This document shows, one piece after another, positions 9,010-17,969 of a stretch of DNA of 35,169 nucleotides. The notes under the pieces were generated by a model that did no database searches, was not told the origin of the DNA, and worked only from the letters and a program-made list of their open reading frames with translations. Both the position numbers and the translations under genes were made by a program. This DNA is from Nanobdellota archaeon (lineage in GTDB: Archaea; Nanobdellota; Nanobdellia; Woesearchaeales; GW2011-AR9): the NCBI GenBank assembly GCA_030695685.1, contig JAUYPT010000078.1, forward strand, positions 1 to 35,169. The letters run 5' to 3'. Position 1 is the stretch's first letter, and the number at the start of each line of letters is the position of its first letter.

Positions 9010-9264
9010 TTAATTTTCATGAACTTTTCTCAGTGTTGACTCCAGCGGACTTACACCAGCGACAAAATCATCGTGTCCAGAACCAGCAAAAGTAACTTTA
9101 AGCCATTTCTCTTTTCCACAGGAACAATCAGTGATTTTATAGTGATGAATGTGCTCTTCCCAATGCGACTTCCATTCTTTCGCACTCAGGTCCTGATGAC
9201 AGTAGTCACAGCGGTGTTTCTTATGATTATCCATCAGGCTAATATCCATTGATTGATTATCCAT
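9010..9264 (-). CDS. Small putative zinc-binding protein
   Basis: CDYC ... CSCG Cys pairs, His-rich segment, GSGHD; TATA (~9289-9298) about 25 nt upstream of the ATG. Confidence 0.75.
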   Translation of the reverse strand: MDNQSMDISLMDNHKKHRCDYCHQDLSAKEWKSHWEEHIHHYKITDCSCGKEKWLKVTFAGSGHDDFVAGVSPLESTLRKVHEN

Positions 9265-9316
9265 GGAATGAGGGAAATTTGGAGAAAGTTTATATAAATT
9301 ACGCTTTTTTAATGAC

Positions 9317-10252
9317 GTGATGATCTACCTCTTCACAACCATCATTGGCAGCTTTATCCTGGACCATAAATTACAGCTGATTCATTTCCAGCAATTTAAA
9401 GACATTACAGAGTTTCAGGAGAAAGAAAAAGGAGAAGCACAGCTCCGTAAAAAGTATCAACAGCTGCAGCCTCTTCCTCCGGAGAAATATCCTTTGGCTC
9501 TTGCTATGCTCAAGAATAAACAGTATTTTTCCCTGTTTCACCAGCAAAATATGGCGCTTACGAAACAAGCAATTTCCTCTTCCGTAAACGAAGATAATCT
9601 GATTATTCAAACGATTTCCAATATCAGAGAATTGGACAGCGTGACTAATCTGCTCAGTAAACGCCTCAGGGAATGGCATAGCCTTTATTATCCTGAATTA
9701 TCGCACCAAATCGCATCCAATGATGCTTTTGTAAAACTGATTTTGTCTAAAAGTAAAACGGAACTGATGAAAGAATTGCATCAAAAACAAAGTATCGGAG
9801 CAGCATTAGACAAAAGACATTGCGACCAAATCTTACACCTAGCACAGCAGATTGCTAATTTGTATGCCTTGCGGGAAAATCACGAACAATATTTAGAAAA
9901 AGTGATGACAAAATACTGTCCAAATCTTCTTGCTTTAGCCGGCGTTACTATCGGTGCTAAACTTATAGAATTGGCGAAGAGCCTGAAACGTCTGGCGCTG
10001 CTGCCGGCATCCACCATTCAGCTGTTAGGAGCAGAAAAAGCCTTATTCCGCCATTTGCGGACAAAAGCAAAATCACCGAAACATGGCATCATTGTCAATC
10101 ATCCTTTAGTGCAAAAAGCATCGAGAAAAGAACGGGGGAAAGCAGCACGGCGGCTGGCAGATAAGCTCTCGCTCTGCGCACGATTAGATTATTTTAAAGG
10201 CGCATTTAAAGCAGAAGAGTATCAACATGAATTGGAGAAAGCATTAGCGTAA
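9317..10252 (+). CDS. nop5: Box C/D sRNP protein Nop5 (Nop56/58)
   Basis: RLREW.SLYYPEL, CPNL..LAG..IGAKL, PASTIQLLGAEKALFRHL, PKHGII, GK.AR.LA.K. Confidence 0.95.
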   Translation: MMIYLFTTIIGSFILDHKLQLIHFQQFKDITEFQEKEKGEAQLRKKYQQLQPLPPEKYPLALAMLKNKQYFSLFHQQNMALTKQAISSSVNEDNLIIQTISNIRELDSVTNLLSKRLREWHSLYYPELSHQIASNDAFVKLILSKSKTELMKELHQKQSIGAALDKRHCDQILHLAQQIANLYALRENHEQYLEKVMTKYCPNLLALAGVTIGAKLIELAKSLKRLALLPASTIQLLGAEKALFRHLRTKAKSPKHGIIVNHPLVQKASRKERGKAARRLADKLSLCARLDYFKGAFKAEEYQHELEKALA

Positions 10253-10253
10253 A

Positions 10254-10910
10254 ATGATATCACACAAAATCTTTGAGATCTATGAAGAAGGAAGAAGCAT
10301 CTTTACGAAAAGTATTCTCCCAGGTAAAACGCATTTTGACGAAAGAATTGTCACGGAAAAAAGAGAAGAGTATCGGGAGATAGACCCTTCAAGAAGTAAA
10401 TTAGGAGCGATGATTCTCAAAGGCTGCACAAACATTGGCATTCGTAAAAATGATGTTGTGCTCTATCTAGGATCAAGCCACGGGTATACCCCATCGTTTG
10501 TGTCCGACATCATTGGCAAGGACGGCCTGCTTTTTGGCGTTGATCCCGCACCACGGGTGATGAGAGACTTTGTATTTTTATGTGAAGAACGGCGCAATAT
10601 GGTCCCTCTTTTAGCTGATGCTCATCATCCTGAAGAATATCTTCCCCGAATATGCCTTGCTGATATTGTCTATCAGGACATCGCCCAGAAAAATCAGGCT
10701 GAAATCTTTATCAATAATTGCCGCTTATTTCTGAAAAAAGGGGGATATGGGCTGTTTGCAGTAAAAGCGAGAAGCATCGATATTCGAAGGAAGCCGAAAG
10801 ACATTTTCATTGAGATTCGAAATGCATTGGAAAAGGAATTTACTGTCATTGATTACCGCATTTTAGAGCCGTTCCAGAAAGATCATTGTATGATTATTGT
10901 GAAGAAATGA
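10254..10910 (+). CDS. flpA: Fibrillarin-like rRNA/tRNA 2'-O-methyltransferase
   Basis: RSKLGAMI, VLYLGSSHGYTPSFVSDI, YQDIAQKNQAEIF, VKARSID, LEPFQKDH; adjacent to nop5. Confidence 0.96.
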   Translation: MISHKIFEIYEEGRSIFTKSILPGKTHFDERIVTEKREEYREIDPSRSKLGAMILKGCTNIGIRKNDVVLYLGSSHGYTPSFVSDIIGKDGLLFGVDPAPRVMRDFVFLCEERRNMVPLLADAHHPEEYLPRICLADIVYQDIAQKNQAEIFINNCRLFLKKGGYGLFAVKARSIDIRRKPKDIFIEIRNALEKEFTVIDYRILEPFQKDHCMIIVKK

Positions 10911-10911
10911 A

Positions 10912-11913
10912 TTAACGTTCACGAAGATAACTAAATTCATATCTCTTTTCACACATATTTATCAAAGCTTGTGCATCAGAAATAATTGAGGGTAATTGAT
11001 TTTTGTAATAATCAGTTAATACATTAGCTTTGAAATCAACATAATAATGAATATTTTTATTGTAAATAGTTATAGTATTTTCTGGAGTACAAAAGATTGT
11101 TGCACTTTGAAGATAATTTAAACCTGTAACTAAAGTTAAATCCTCAGCAGGTTTTTCCCAATAATTTTCAGTAGTCCTATTAACGATGATATTATAGTGA
11201 TCTAAAGATATTAAATGTCTTAATACTATTTTTTGACTAACACTTTCTAAAAGTATAGTTTCATCCACAATTACTTCTTGATTATTTAAAGAATGACTAA
11301 TGTAAGAAAGTTCATTATCATTATAATTTTTTTGAATTAGTTTAAGAGCATCACCTTTTTGAAAACTTTCAATAAATTCTTGTCTGTTTCTTTCAATATG
11401 TTCACTAAAATAATGTTCATTATTTTTAACATAAGCGAGAAGTTCTTCCCCTGGTTTAATAGGATTCTCACTCATTAATGATACTGTAACAAGCCTATAA
11501 GGTAATACTTTATTCACTTTTTTGTCATATGATGATGTAATACCTAAAGTATTAGTTCGCAATGGCTGATAAGCAAAAAAACTAATGTCTGCAAATTCTT
11601 TATCTTTCTGTAAAACTAAGAATTCATCAGGGTTAAAAATCAAGACATTTCCTATGTCTGCTTGCAAATCAGAAAGGGTATAAGAACTTGCTTTAACATT
11701 TGAACCATTATCAGATTCTAATAAATTACCTGTTTCATCACGATCACAAATAGAATTATCATTTTTATCTAAGCAACATTCAGTTCCTACAAGAATATAA
11801 GGCTTATTGCAGACAACCTGATTAGTGTTAGTAGTGCTTTGGGTACAGCCAGTTATAATAACTAAGAAAGTCACTAACAAAAAACATAATAGTATATTTC
11901 TTAACAAAGACAT
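10912..11913 (-). CDS. Secreted/lipid-anchored hypothetical protein with Cys-rich acidic N-terminal motif
   Basis: Signal peptide ending ITGC; motif CNKPYILVGTECCLDKNDNSICDRDE; visibly AT-rich DNA. Confidence 0.8.
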   Translation of the reverse strand: MSLLRNILLCFLLVTFLVIITGCTQSTTNTNQVVCNKPYILVGTECCLDKNDNSICDRDETGNLLESDNGSNVKASSYTLSDLQADIGNVLIFNPDEFLVLQKDKEFADISFFAYQPLRTNTLGITSSYDKKVNKVLPYRLVTVSLMSENPIKPGEELLAYVKNNEHYFSEHIERNRQEFIESFQKGDALKLIQKNYNDNELSYISHSLNNQEVIVDETILLESVSQKIVLRHLISLDHYNIIVNRTTENYWEKPAEDLTLVTGLNYLQSATIFCTPENTITIYNKNIHYYVDFKANVLTDYYKNQLPSIISDAQALINMCEKRYEFSYLRER

Positions 11914-11977
11914 TTGCAGAAAAAAATGATGGGTTTATTTAAATGTTTTCAAAAAGTTAACCGATAAAGAGCACAAT

Positions 11978-12217
11978 TCATTCTTCTTCCTTCTTCACAT
12001 GAATAATATTAACCGGACAAACGTCAGCTGCTTCCTGATTAATTCTCCGCGTCTCTTCATCAGTTACAAGTAACTCTTGATGATCTTCTTTTTCTTCGGA
12101 ACCTTTCAATTCGGCTAACCCCTGTTCGTCCATCTCCCAGAACTCCGGGCTAATCGCAACGCAGGCGCCGCAGCTGATGCATTTTTTCTTAAAATGAATT
12201 ATGGTATGAATTGTCAT
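11978..12217 (-). CDS. Ferredoxin (single-cluster 3Fe-4S/4Fe-4S type)
   Basis: CISCGAC...P..W.M...G.A.L ... AADVCPVNIIH; likely start ATG at 12217. Confidence 0.93.
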   Translation of the reverse strand: MTIHTIIHFKKKCISCGACVAISPEFWEMDEQGLAELKGSEEKEDHQELLVTDEETRRINQEAADVCPVNIIHVKKEEE

Positions 12218-12307
12218 GACTTCATTAAAAGTCATGTTTTTTATAAGTTTTATCTCGATACTCTACTTCCTAAATACATTTAAGGCTTTTAATCTTATCA
12301 TAAAAGT

Positions 12308-13060
12308 ATGAAGTATAGGGCCATCTCTTTCCATGGTTTTGACGGCAGAAAAGAGGAATTAGAGGCGATCGAACGGTTTAAGAGTCTCAGCCCGATGCAT
12401 TATCGAACGAATGATTATTCACATTCTCATCGAGTATTATGGTTAGCAGAAGATATTTTGCCCTACGCAGTTACTGTTTTTCCCAATCTTAACGTTGAAA
12501 TGACGCGTACGCTTTCTCCTACTCACGATGATCCGGAAATAATTATCGGAGATATTGAGTTGGATCAAAAATTAAAAATGAGTGTGCAAGAGCTGCATCA
12601 ATTAGAGCAGGATGAGTCGGCTGCCATTGAAATACTGGCAGCACGATTTCCAAAAATGATTAATGGGTTCAATTATCGGGAATTATTATACCATGCGCTT
12701 CGCAAAAACAGTATCGAAGCGCAGCTGGTATCCTACGTTGATAAAATCGATGCCCGGGAAGAATCACGCCATGAGATTGCAGCAGGAAATAAATTATTCA
12801 TACCTTCTGCACAGCGGTATGATGCTATATTCAAAGCCAAAGAAACCCGTTGGCCATTGATTACATCTTTATTTGGATGTGGTCATCCTTTTTTTACTGA
12901 GATGCTCGAACAGGATTTAGAAACTATTGCCAAAAAAGGAACATTTCATACGCCAGAATCTATCCAGCAGCGTAGCGGCGATCCTGCCTATGATTGCTGG
13001 AAAAGAATTACCATAGAACGTTGCGGGATAGAAAGTTTAGTAACCGTCAAAGAGTCATGA
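12308..13060 (+). CDS. HD-domain phosphohydrolase (YfbR/5'-deoxynucleotidase-like)
   Basis: HSHRV ... THDDPEIIIGDI ... EAQLVSYVDKID motif spacing of HD_3/YfbR-like proteins. Confidence 0.8.
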   Translation: MKYRAISFHGFDGRKEELEAIERFKSLSPMHYRTNDYSHSHRVLWLAEDILPYAVTVFPNLNVEMTRTLSPTHDDPEIIIGDIELDQKLKMSVQELHQLEQDESAAIEILAARFPKMINGFNYRELLYHALRKNSIEAQLVSYVDKIDAREESRHEIAAGNKLFIPSAQRYDAIFKAKETRWPLITSLFGCGHPFFTEMLEQDLETIAKKGTFHTPESIQQRSGDPAYDCWKRITIERCGIESLVTVKES

Positions 13061-13117
13061 AAGATCATCATCAGCGAGACCACAAAACTTATATAACTAA
13101 TTTGTTTTATAGAAGAG

Positions 13118-14074
13118 ATGAAAAAAAGGGGCGCTATCACCATTAGTTTTGTGTTGATAACAGTACTTTTCCTTCTTACTGCCTGCCAGCGTGTTCCCGG
13201 TGGTGAACGACCGGAAGATACCGCTGCTGCGTTGCGGCAAGTGCAAGTAGGAACACAAGGCATTGAAGCGAAAGTATTGCCAAATTATCCGCCGCCAACT
13301 ATTTACGACCAGAATGAATTGATCACTATTGTGGAAGTGAGGAATAGAGGTAATAATAATCTAGAACCGCAGGAATGCTTTGTCAGAATTAATGGGTTTG
13401 ATCCCAACATTGTTGGCGGTGATTACCAGCGGGCACGATCCTGCGCGGAAAATATTGGCCTTCTCGAAGGTAAAACAGTGTTTAATATAGAGGGAAGTTT
13501 TAACCAAATAGAGTTCCGTACTCCCAACATCGTCCTTCCTGCCGGTGTTCCTGATTATGATCCTGCTCTTAAAATTCTTGCCTGTTACAATTATCATACC
13601 CGGGCTAATCCGCAAGTATGCATCGATCCTCTGCGGTACCAGGTAACTGCAGAACAAAAGACATGTACACCGCAGAATGTCGCCATGGGCGGCGGCCAAG
13701 GCGGACCAGTGGGCGTAACCTACGTTGGTGTGGAAATGACCGGCAGCAAAGCAATCTTTGACATTAACGTTGCTAATCTTGGCCCGGGACGGGTATTAAG
13801 CCCGTATACGGATATTCAATCTTGTAATGATGCTAGCATCGATCGAACAGATTTTGATAAAGTAGCATATAGTGTAGAATTAGCAAGCGGCGCTCTTGTT
13901 GACTGCAAGCCGAGAGACGGCTTTGTTCGTTTAAGCAATGGACAAGGCAAAATCCTCTGTACTTTTAATATTCCTGGAACAACAGCGTATGAAACACCAC
14001 TATTAATTGATTTGGATTATGGGTATATCCAATCTTCGCCAATGTCGGTGCGGATTATCAAGACGCCGGAGTAA
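13118..14074 (+). CDS. Putative surface lipoprotein, beta-rich/Ig-like with conserved Cys
   Basis: MKKR + hydrophobic core + LLTAC lipobox; GTQGI, V.NRG, CYNY.T...VC.D, PV.V..V, N.G.G.V, C..., LDY.Y. Confidence 0.8.
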   Translation: MKKRGAITISFVLITVLFLLTACQRVPGGERPEDTAAALRQVQVGTQGIEAKVLPNYPPPTIYDQNELITIVEVRNRGNNNLEPQECFVRINGFDPNIVGGDYQRARSCAENIGLLEGKTVFNIEGSFNQIEFRTPNIVLPAGVPDYDPALKILACYNYHTRANPQVCIDPLRYQVTAEQKTCTPQNVAMGGGQGGPVGVTYVGVEMTGSKAIFDINVANLGPGRVLSPYTDIQSCNDASIDRTDFDKVAYSVELASGALVDCKPRDGFVRLSNGQGKILCTFNIPGTTAYETPLLIDLDYGYIQSSPMSVRIIKTPE

Positions 14075-14174
14075 AGAAATTCCTACTATTTCTAACTCCG
14101 CTTGGGTCTGTCACAGTAAGCAAACAAAGTATAGGATCCAAGGCGGAGTAAAATGTGATTTTGTTCCATCACAT
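14075..14174 (+). other. Three consecutive hairpins in the intergenic spacer (candidate cis-element or sRNA)
   Basis: AGAAAT/ATTTCT; ACTCCGC-TTGGGTCT/GGATCCAA-G-GCGGAGT (14095-14149); ATGTGAT/ATCACAT (14153-14174). Confidence 0.5.
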
Positions 14175-14239
14175 CAGCGCAAACTTTAAATACCAATTCT
14201 CTTTAATGAAACATAGTATATATCACGAAAGAGGATAAT

Positions 14240-15148
14240 ATGATGCAACGAAAAAAAATAAGTATAATGTTATTATTAGCATTGTTAGTTCTTCTTACTG
14301 CCTGTCAAACACAACAGCAGCCAACACCTCAGAGAGGCGCATTCATCGGCGGAACTCAGGGAGTCATTGCCAAATTTGAGCTCTTTGGTGTGGAAGAAGA
14401 AGGTGTCTATACTATTTTTAGTTCCGAAACATTCCCAATGGAAGTAACCTTATTCAATAAAGGAGAATATCAACTGCAGCCTGGAGATGTCATGGTTAAA
14501 TTATTAGGGCCATCTCAAAGTGAATTTAGCGGCATCGCCTCGTGGAGTTTAGCAAATAGCGGTGTTATTGATAAAGTTTCAGAACTTTCGACATCCGGTG
14601 GAGAAGAAACGATTACCTTCGCGATAGATGCATTATATCGTACGGATGTTATTGGTGTTGTTGATCGGGAATGGTTTGCCAATGTGGAATATAATTATCA
14701 GACTTCTGTCATCATCCCGGAAGTATGTTTAAAAGAAGATTTAACGGATACACGAGTCTGTGACGTTAAAGAAGCGAAGCCATTCTTTGTTTCTGGTGCG
14801 CCAATAACGGTTAGCAGTGTCGAAGAGGAAACTGCGGGAAAAGGAATTATGGCATTAAAAATAAAAGTAAAGAATGTTGGCGGCGGAAAAGTAACCATGC
14901 GTGGTGAAGAATTCAGCGCAACGAATGAACAATTATCCTATTCTTTAGATGATCCTGACTGGGAATGTAAATCTACCGGAAGGGTTAATGAAGCACGGTT
15001 GAGGGATAACGAAGCAGAAATTGTCTGCAAATTAAAAAATCCATTATCACCCGGCACAGTTTCTACAAAACAGGTGAAGTTAACACTGGATTATAAGTAT
15101 AGAGATATTATCCAAGAAACGCTGAGAATAAAAGAAAGTGCGGAATAA
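14240..15148 (+). CDS. Putative surface lipoprotein, paralog of 13118..14074
   Basis: LLTAC lipobox; GTQGV, L.NKG, YNY.T...VC, AP.TV..V, KNVGGG.V, C..., LDYKY colinear with the upstream gene. Confidence 0.8.
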   Translation: MMQRKKISIMLLLALLVLLTACQTQQQPTPQRGAFIGGTQGVIAKFELFGVEEEGVYTIFSSETFPMEVTLFNKGEYQLQPGDVMVKLLGPSQSEFSGIASWSLANSGVIDKVSELSTSGGEETITFAIDALYRTDVIGVVDREWFANVEYNYQTSVIIPEVCLKEDLTDTRVCDVKEAKPFFVSGAPITVSSVEEETAGKGIMALKIKVKNVGGGKVTMRGEEFSATNEQLSYSLDDPDWECKSTGRVNEARLRDNEAEIVCKLKNPLSPGTVSTKQVKLTLDYKYRDIIQETLRIKESAE

Positions 15149-15156
15149 GTACGTTA

Positions 15157-15459
15157 CTAATTGCTTTTCTGCAGTAAAAATTGCCGGAATTCGAGCTCTG
15201 TAGTTTGCGTCGGCTGCATCGTCTTTAATTTTTGTTCTAAATTTTCAAGAGTAAGACTTATTTTTGTTGGCGGAATATAAGAACTGACATCAACGTTCAG
15301 CATCGCCCGATCTGCGTGAAAGGTCATTTCAGTAGACGACGAAAAATCAAGGGTATAAATGGCATAAGAACTATTTTCTCCTGTGAAGGCAACAACAAGC
15401 CTTTTTTCGTCCTCGTTTTTCAGAAAATAATTATAACATCCCCAGTTAGTTTCAACCAT
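15157..15459 (-). CDS. Hypothetical protein
   Basis: ATG at 15459, 1 nt after the rfcS stop; ~100 aa; no motif recognised. Confidence 0.6.
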   Translation of the reverse strand: MVETNWGCYNYFLKNEDEKRLVVAFTGENSSYAIYTLDFSSSTEMTFHADRAMLNVDVSSYIPPTKISLTLENLEQKLKTMQPTQTTELEFRQFLLQKSN

Positions 15460-15460
15460 G

Positions 15461-16438
15461 CTATTTCCCTCCGACAAGGACAACATGCGCTAAAAAACTT
15501 TCCAGTTGAATATATTCATCGCTGCCTTCAACCATCCTGAATTCGATCTCTCCGCATTTGTCCACCAGCGCTACTTTTTTTCTATCTTCTACGTTCAGAT
15601 TCCAGATTTCTTTCTGAATCTGTTTAATCACATCCAATCCTGATAATCCATACTCCAGCATTACATTGAGCAGTTTTTTCCGTGATTCTTTAAAATCGCC
15701 CGCAGCTGCAATTGACAATAATTCATGAATTTCCTTCGGCTTGGCAACCGAAGCCATGGAGTAAATATCTTCCGTTTTAATGTACTCGCCTTCTTTTTTA
15801 GTTGTAAAACAACTTTGCATAATATTGGTTAATCGCCGTACATCACCATCGCTTACTTCATAGAGCGCTTCCTTGATAGATGGTGATATAACTTGTCTAG
15901 ACTCTTTCCCTTCTTCTGTGACAATTTTCTCAATAACTTCGATTATCTCTTCCTTACTCAACGGCTTAAACCGAAATACTGCACATCGGCTTTGGATAGG
16001 ATCGATTATTTTAGAAGAATAGTTGCAGCTGAGAATGAAACGGCAGGTTTTGGTATAATTTTCCATTGTCCGCCGCAAGGCCTGCTGCGCCTCTTTTGTA
16101 AGAGCATCACATTCATCCAAATAAATTAACTTGAACGGCACATTCCCCAACGCTTTTGTTCTGGCAAAATCCTTAACTTTAACACGTACAACATCGATGC
16201 CTCTTTCATCCGAGGCATTTAATTCCAGCATATTCTGCTGCCAATTATCTTTAAAAAGCTGTTTGGCAATGACTAAGGAGAGCGACGTTTTTCCAACACC
16301 GGCAGGGCCGGAGAATAAAAGATGCGGCATGTTGCCGGATTTTACAAAGGCTTCTACTTTCTGCACAATCTCTTTCTGCCCTTTGATTTCATCAAACGTA
16401 GAAGGGCGGTATTTTTCAGTCCAGATTGCCGATGTCAT
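15461..16438 (-). CDS. rfcS: Replication factor C small subunit
   Basis: WTEKYRP, GPAGVGKT, ELNASDERGIDVVR, LDECDALT..AQQALRRTME, IQSRC. Confidence 0.98.
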   Translation of the reverse strand: MTSAIWTEKYRPSTFDEIKGQKEIVQKVEAFVKSGNMPHLLFSGPAGVGKTSLSLVIAKQLFKDNWQQNMLELNASDERGIDVVRVKVKDFARTKALGNVPFKLIYLDECDALTKEAQQALRRTMENYTKTCRFILSCNYSSKIIDPIQSRCAVFRFKPLSKEEIIEVIEKIVTEEGKESRQVISPSIKEALYEVSDGDVRRLTNIMQSCFTTKKEGEYIKTEDIYSMASVAKPKEIHELLSIAAAGDFKESRKKLLNVMLEYGLSGLDVIKQIQKEIWNLNVEDRKKVALVDKCGEIEFRMVEGSDEYIQLESFLAHVVLVGGK

Positions 16439-16522
16439 CCTTCATGAAAGCAGTTCGCTCATTTATAAGTTTTATCTAAATTTATCTACATCAAAGAAAT
16501 CTGCTGAGTACTTCTTACAATC

Positions 16523-16714
16523 TCAAAATGTCCATAATAAAATAGTGCCCATAAGATCAAAAGCCTGGTCAAATGAAATTCCAAATAGAAAGATCAGAAC
16601 AACAAGAACAACGATTGCATAATACAAGAATTTACTTAAAAATACGAGTATTTTATCTAAAAACAATAATGTCAGGATAACAATAATAATCCCTGTTACG
16701 GAAAAAGGGTCCAT
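16523..16714 (-). CDS. Small membrane protein (two hydrophobic segments)
   Basis: 63-aa highly hydrophobic ORF; AT-rich TATA-like element ~25 nt upstream. Confidence 0.7.
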   Translation of the reverse strand: MDPFSVTGIIIVILTLLFLDKILVFLSKFLYYAIVVLVVLIFLFGISFDQAFDLMGTILLWTF

Positions 16715-16769
16715 GAGTAATTAAAATGAAAACTGGTATTTAATAATTTCTCTCCATTAAAATAGAAAA

Positions 16770-16868
16770 TTACGCTGCAATGAGAAAAAGATCATCAAAC
16801 TCTTCCTCAAAATCTCCTTGCAGGTAATGGTACTGTACTAAATTATGAATATGTTTCTGTCGATTCAT
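16770..16868 (-). CDS. Candidate 32-aa small protein (MNRQKHIHNLVQYHYLQGDFEEEFDDLFLIAA)
   Basis: ATG 2 nt after the PRC-barrel stop; open to TAA at 16770-16772; below the ORF-track size cutoff. Confidence 0.45.
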   Translation of the reverse strand: MNRQKHIHNLVQYHYLQGDFEEEFDDLFLIAA

Positions 16869-16870
16869 AT

Positions 16871-17152
16871 TTATTCTTGTGCTTCTTCCTCAGCTGGATT
16901 TCCACCGCTCGGAACTGCATTTCGGGAAACGATTAAGATATCTCCCACAGCTCGTACCATTTGGTGCGGAACGATTACCCCTTTAGCGCTGCCTAAAACT
17001 CTGCTTAAAAAAGAGTTTTTGGTTGCTTTTACTTTCCATCCGGAAACTTTATTCCCGGCAACAATACTATCTTCAATATCACCAAAATACTCGCCGGAAT
17101 CGGTAAATACCCTTAAATCGTAGGTTTCAGACACTTTTTTCATTTTTAGCAT
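16871..17152 (-). CDS. PRC-barrel domain protein (possibly CdpB-like cell-division factor)
   Basis: V.TDSGEYFG.IED ... IVPHQMVRAVGDILIV PRC-barrel pattern; start ATG 17152 preceded by GAGGTG Shine-Dalgarno. Confidence 0.88.
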   Translation of the reverse strand: MLKMKKVSETYDLRVFTDSGEYFGDIEDSIVAGNKVSGWKVKATKNSFLSRVLGSAKGVIVPHQMVRAVGDILIVSRNAVPSGGNPAEEEAQE

Positions 17153-17222
17153 GGATGACCACCTCACTCCAGCAGTTGTTGAAATTAAGTAGGTTTAAAT
17201 ATTTTTCTATCATAAACAGCCT

Positions 17223-17909
17223 ATGAATCTGCGCATTATTGGAACATCGCATATTGCCCGGCAAAGTATTGAGGAAATTAAAAAGGCTATTGAAGATGAT
17301 ACACCGGATATCGTTGCCGTTGAATTAGATCGAGAACGAGCTGCCGCGCTGATGCAAAAACAGCAGCGCCGTATTTCCTTCCGTGAGATTGCGCAGATTG
17401 GCCTTCGGGGATATTTGTTTGTAAGGATAGGACAGTACCTGCAGCAAAAATTAGGAAAAATGGTTGGTGTTGCACCCGGTTCCGAAATGAAGGCTGCAAT
17501 AGAACTAGCCCGAAAAAAAAATCTGGAATTAGCGCTTATCGATCAGCCGATTACAACGACACTGCGTCATTTTTCCAAAAATTTAACCTGGACGGAAAAA
17601 GGGCGTTTTGTTTTGGATATGGTTAAAGGAGTATTTCTTCCCAAAAAACAAATCAAGGAATTAGGATTAGACAACTTTGACCTGCATAAAGTTCCTGCCG
17701 ATGAAATGATTCAAAAAATGATGGCGCCACTAAAACGAAGATATCCTTCGGTATACAAAACATTAGTAGAAGACCGCAATAAGTATATGGTCAAACAACT
17801 GATAAAACTGATGCGTGAAAAGCCGGGGAAAAAGATTCTTGCCGTCGTCGGTGCAGGACATAAAGAAGGGATGGAGAAGCTCTTGCTGAAAGTAGAGATT
17901 GTGAGATAA
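17223..17909 (+). CDS. TraB/PrgY/GumN-family protein
   Basis: IIGTSHI, PDIVAVELD..R, PGSEMKAA, LIDQPI..TL, LVEDRNKYM, AVVGAGH..G. Confidence 0.92.
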   Translation: MNLRIIGTSHIARQSIEEIKKAIEDDTPDIVAVELDRERAAALMQKQQRRISFREIAQIGLRGYLFVRIGQYLQQKLGKMVGVAPGSEMKAAIELARKKNLELALIDQPITTTLRHFSKNLTWTEKGRFVLDMVKGVFLPKKQIKELGLDNFDLHKVPADEMIQKMMAPLKRRYPSVYKTLVEDRNKYMVKQLIKLMREKPGKKILAVVGAGHKEGMEKLLLKVEIVR

Positions 17910-17969
17910 GTTATTGAGTTTAGAAATACTCAAAAAGGAAACATCGCTAGGCTGTGCAGGGGTGGAAAA

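Noticed and set aside
15461..16438. Intein in RFC small subunit (a common intein host)
   Set aside because: The protein is a normal 325 aa with contiguous motifs
17223..17909. TraB as evidence of a conjugative element
   Set aside because: This is the widespread TraB/PrgY/GumN family common on archaeal chromosomes; no relaxase, VirB4 or other transfer genes nearby
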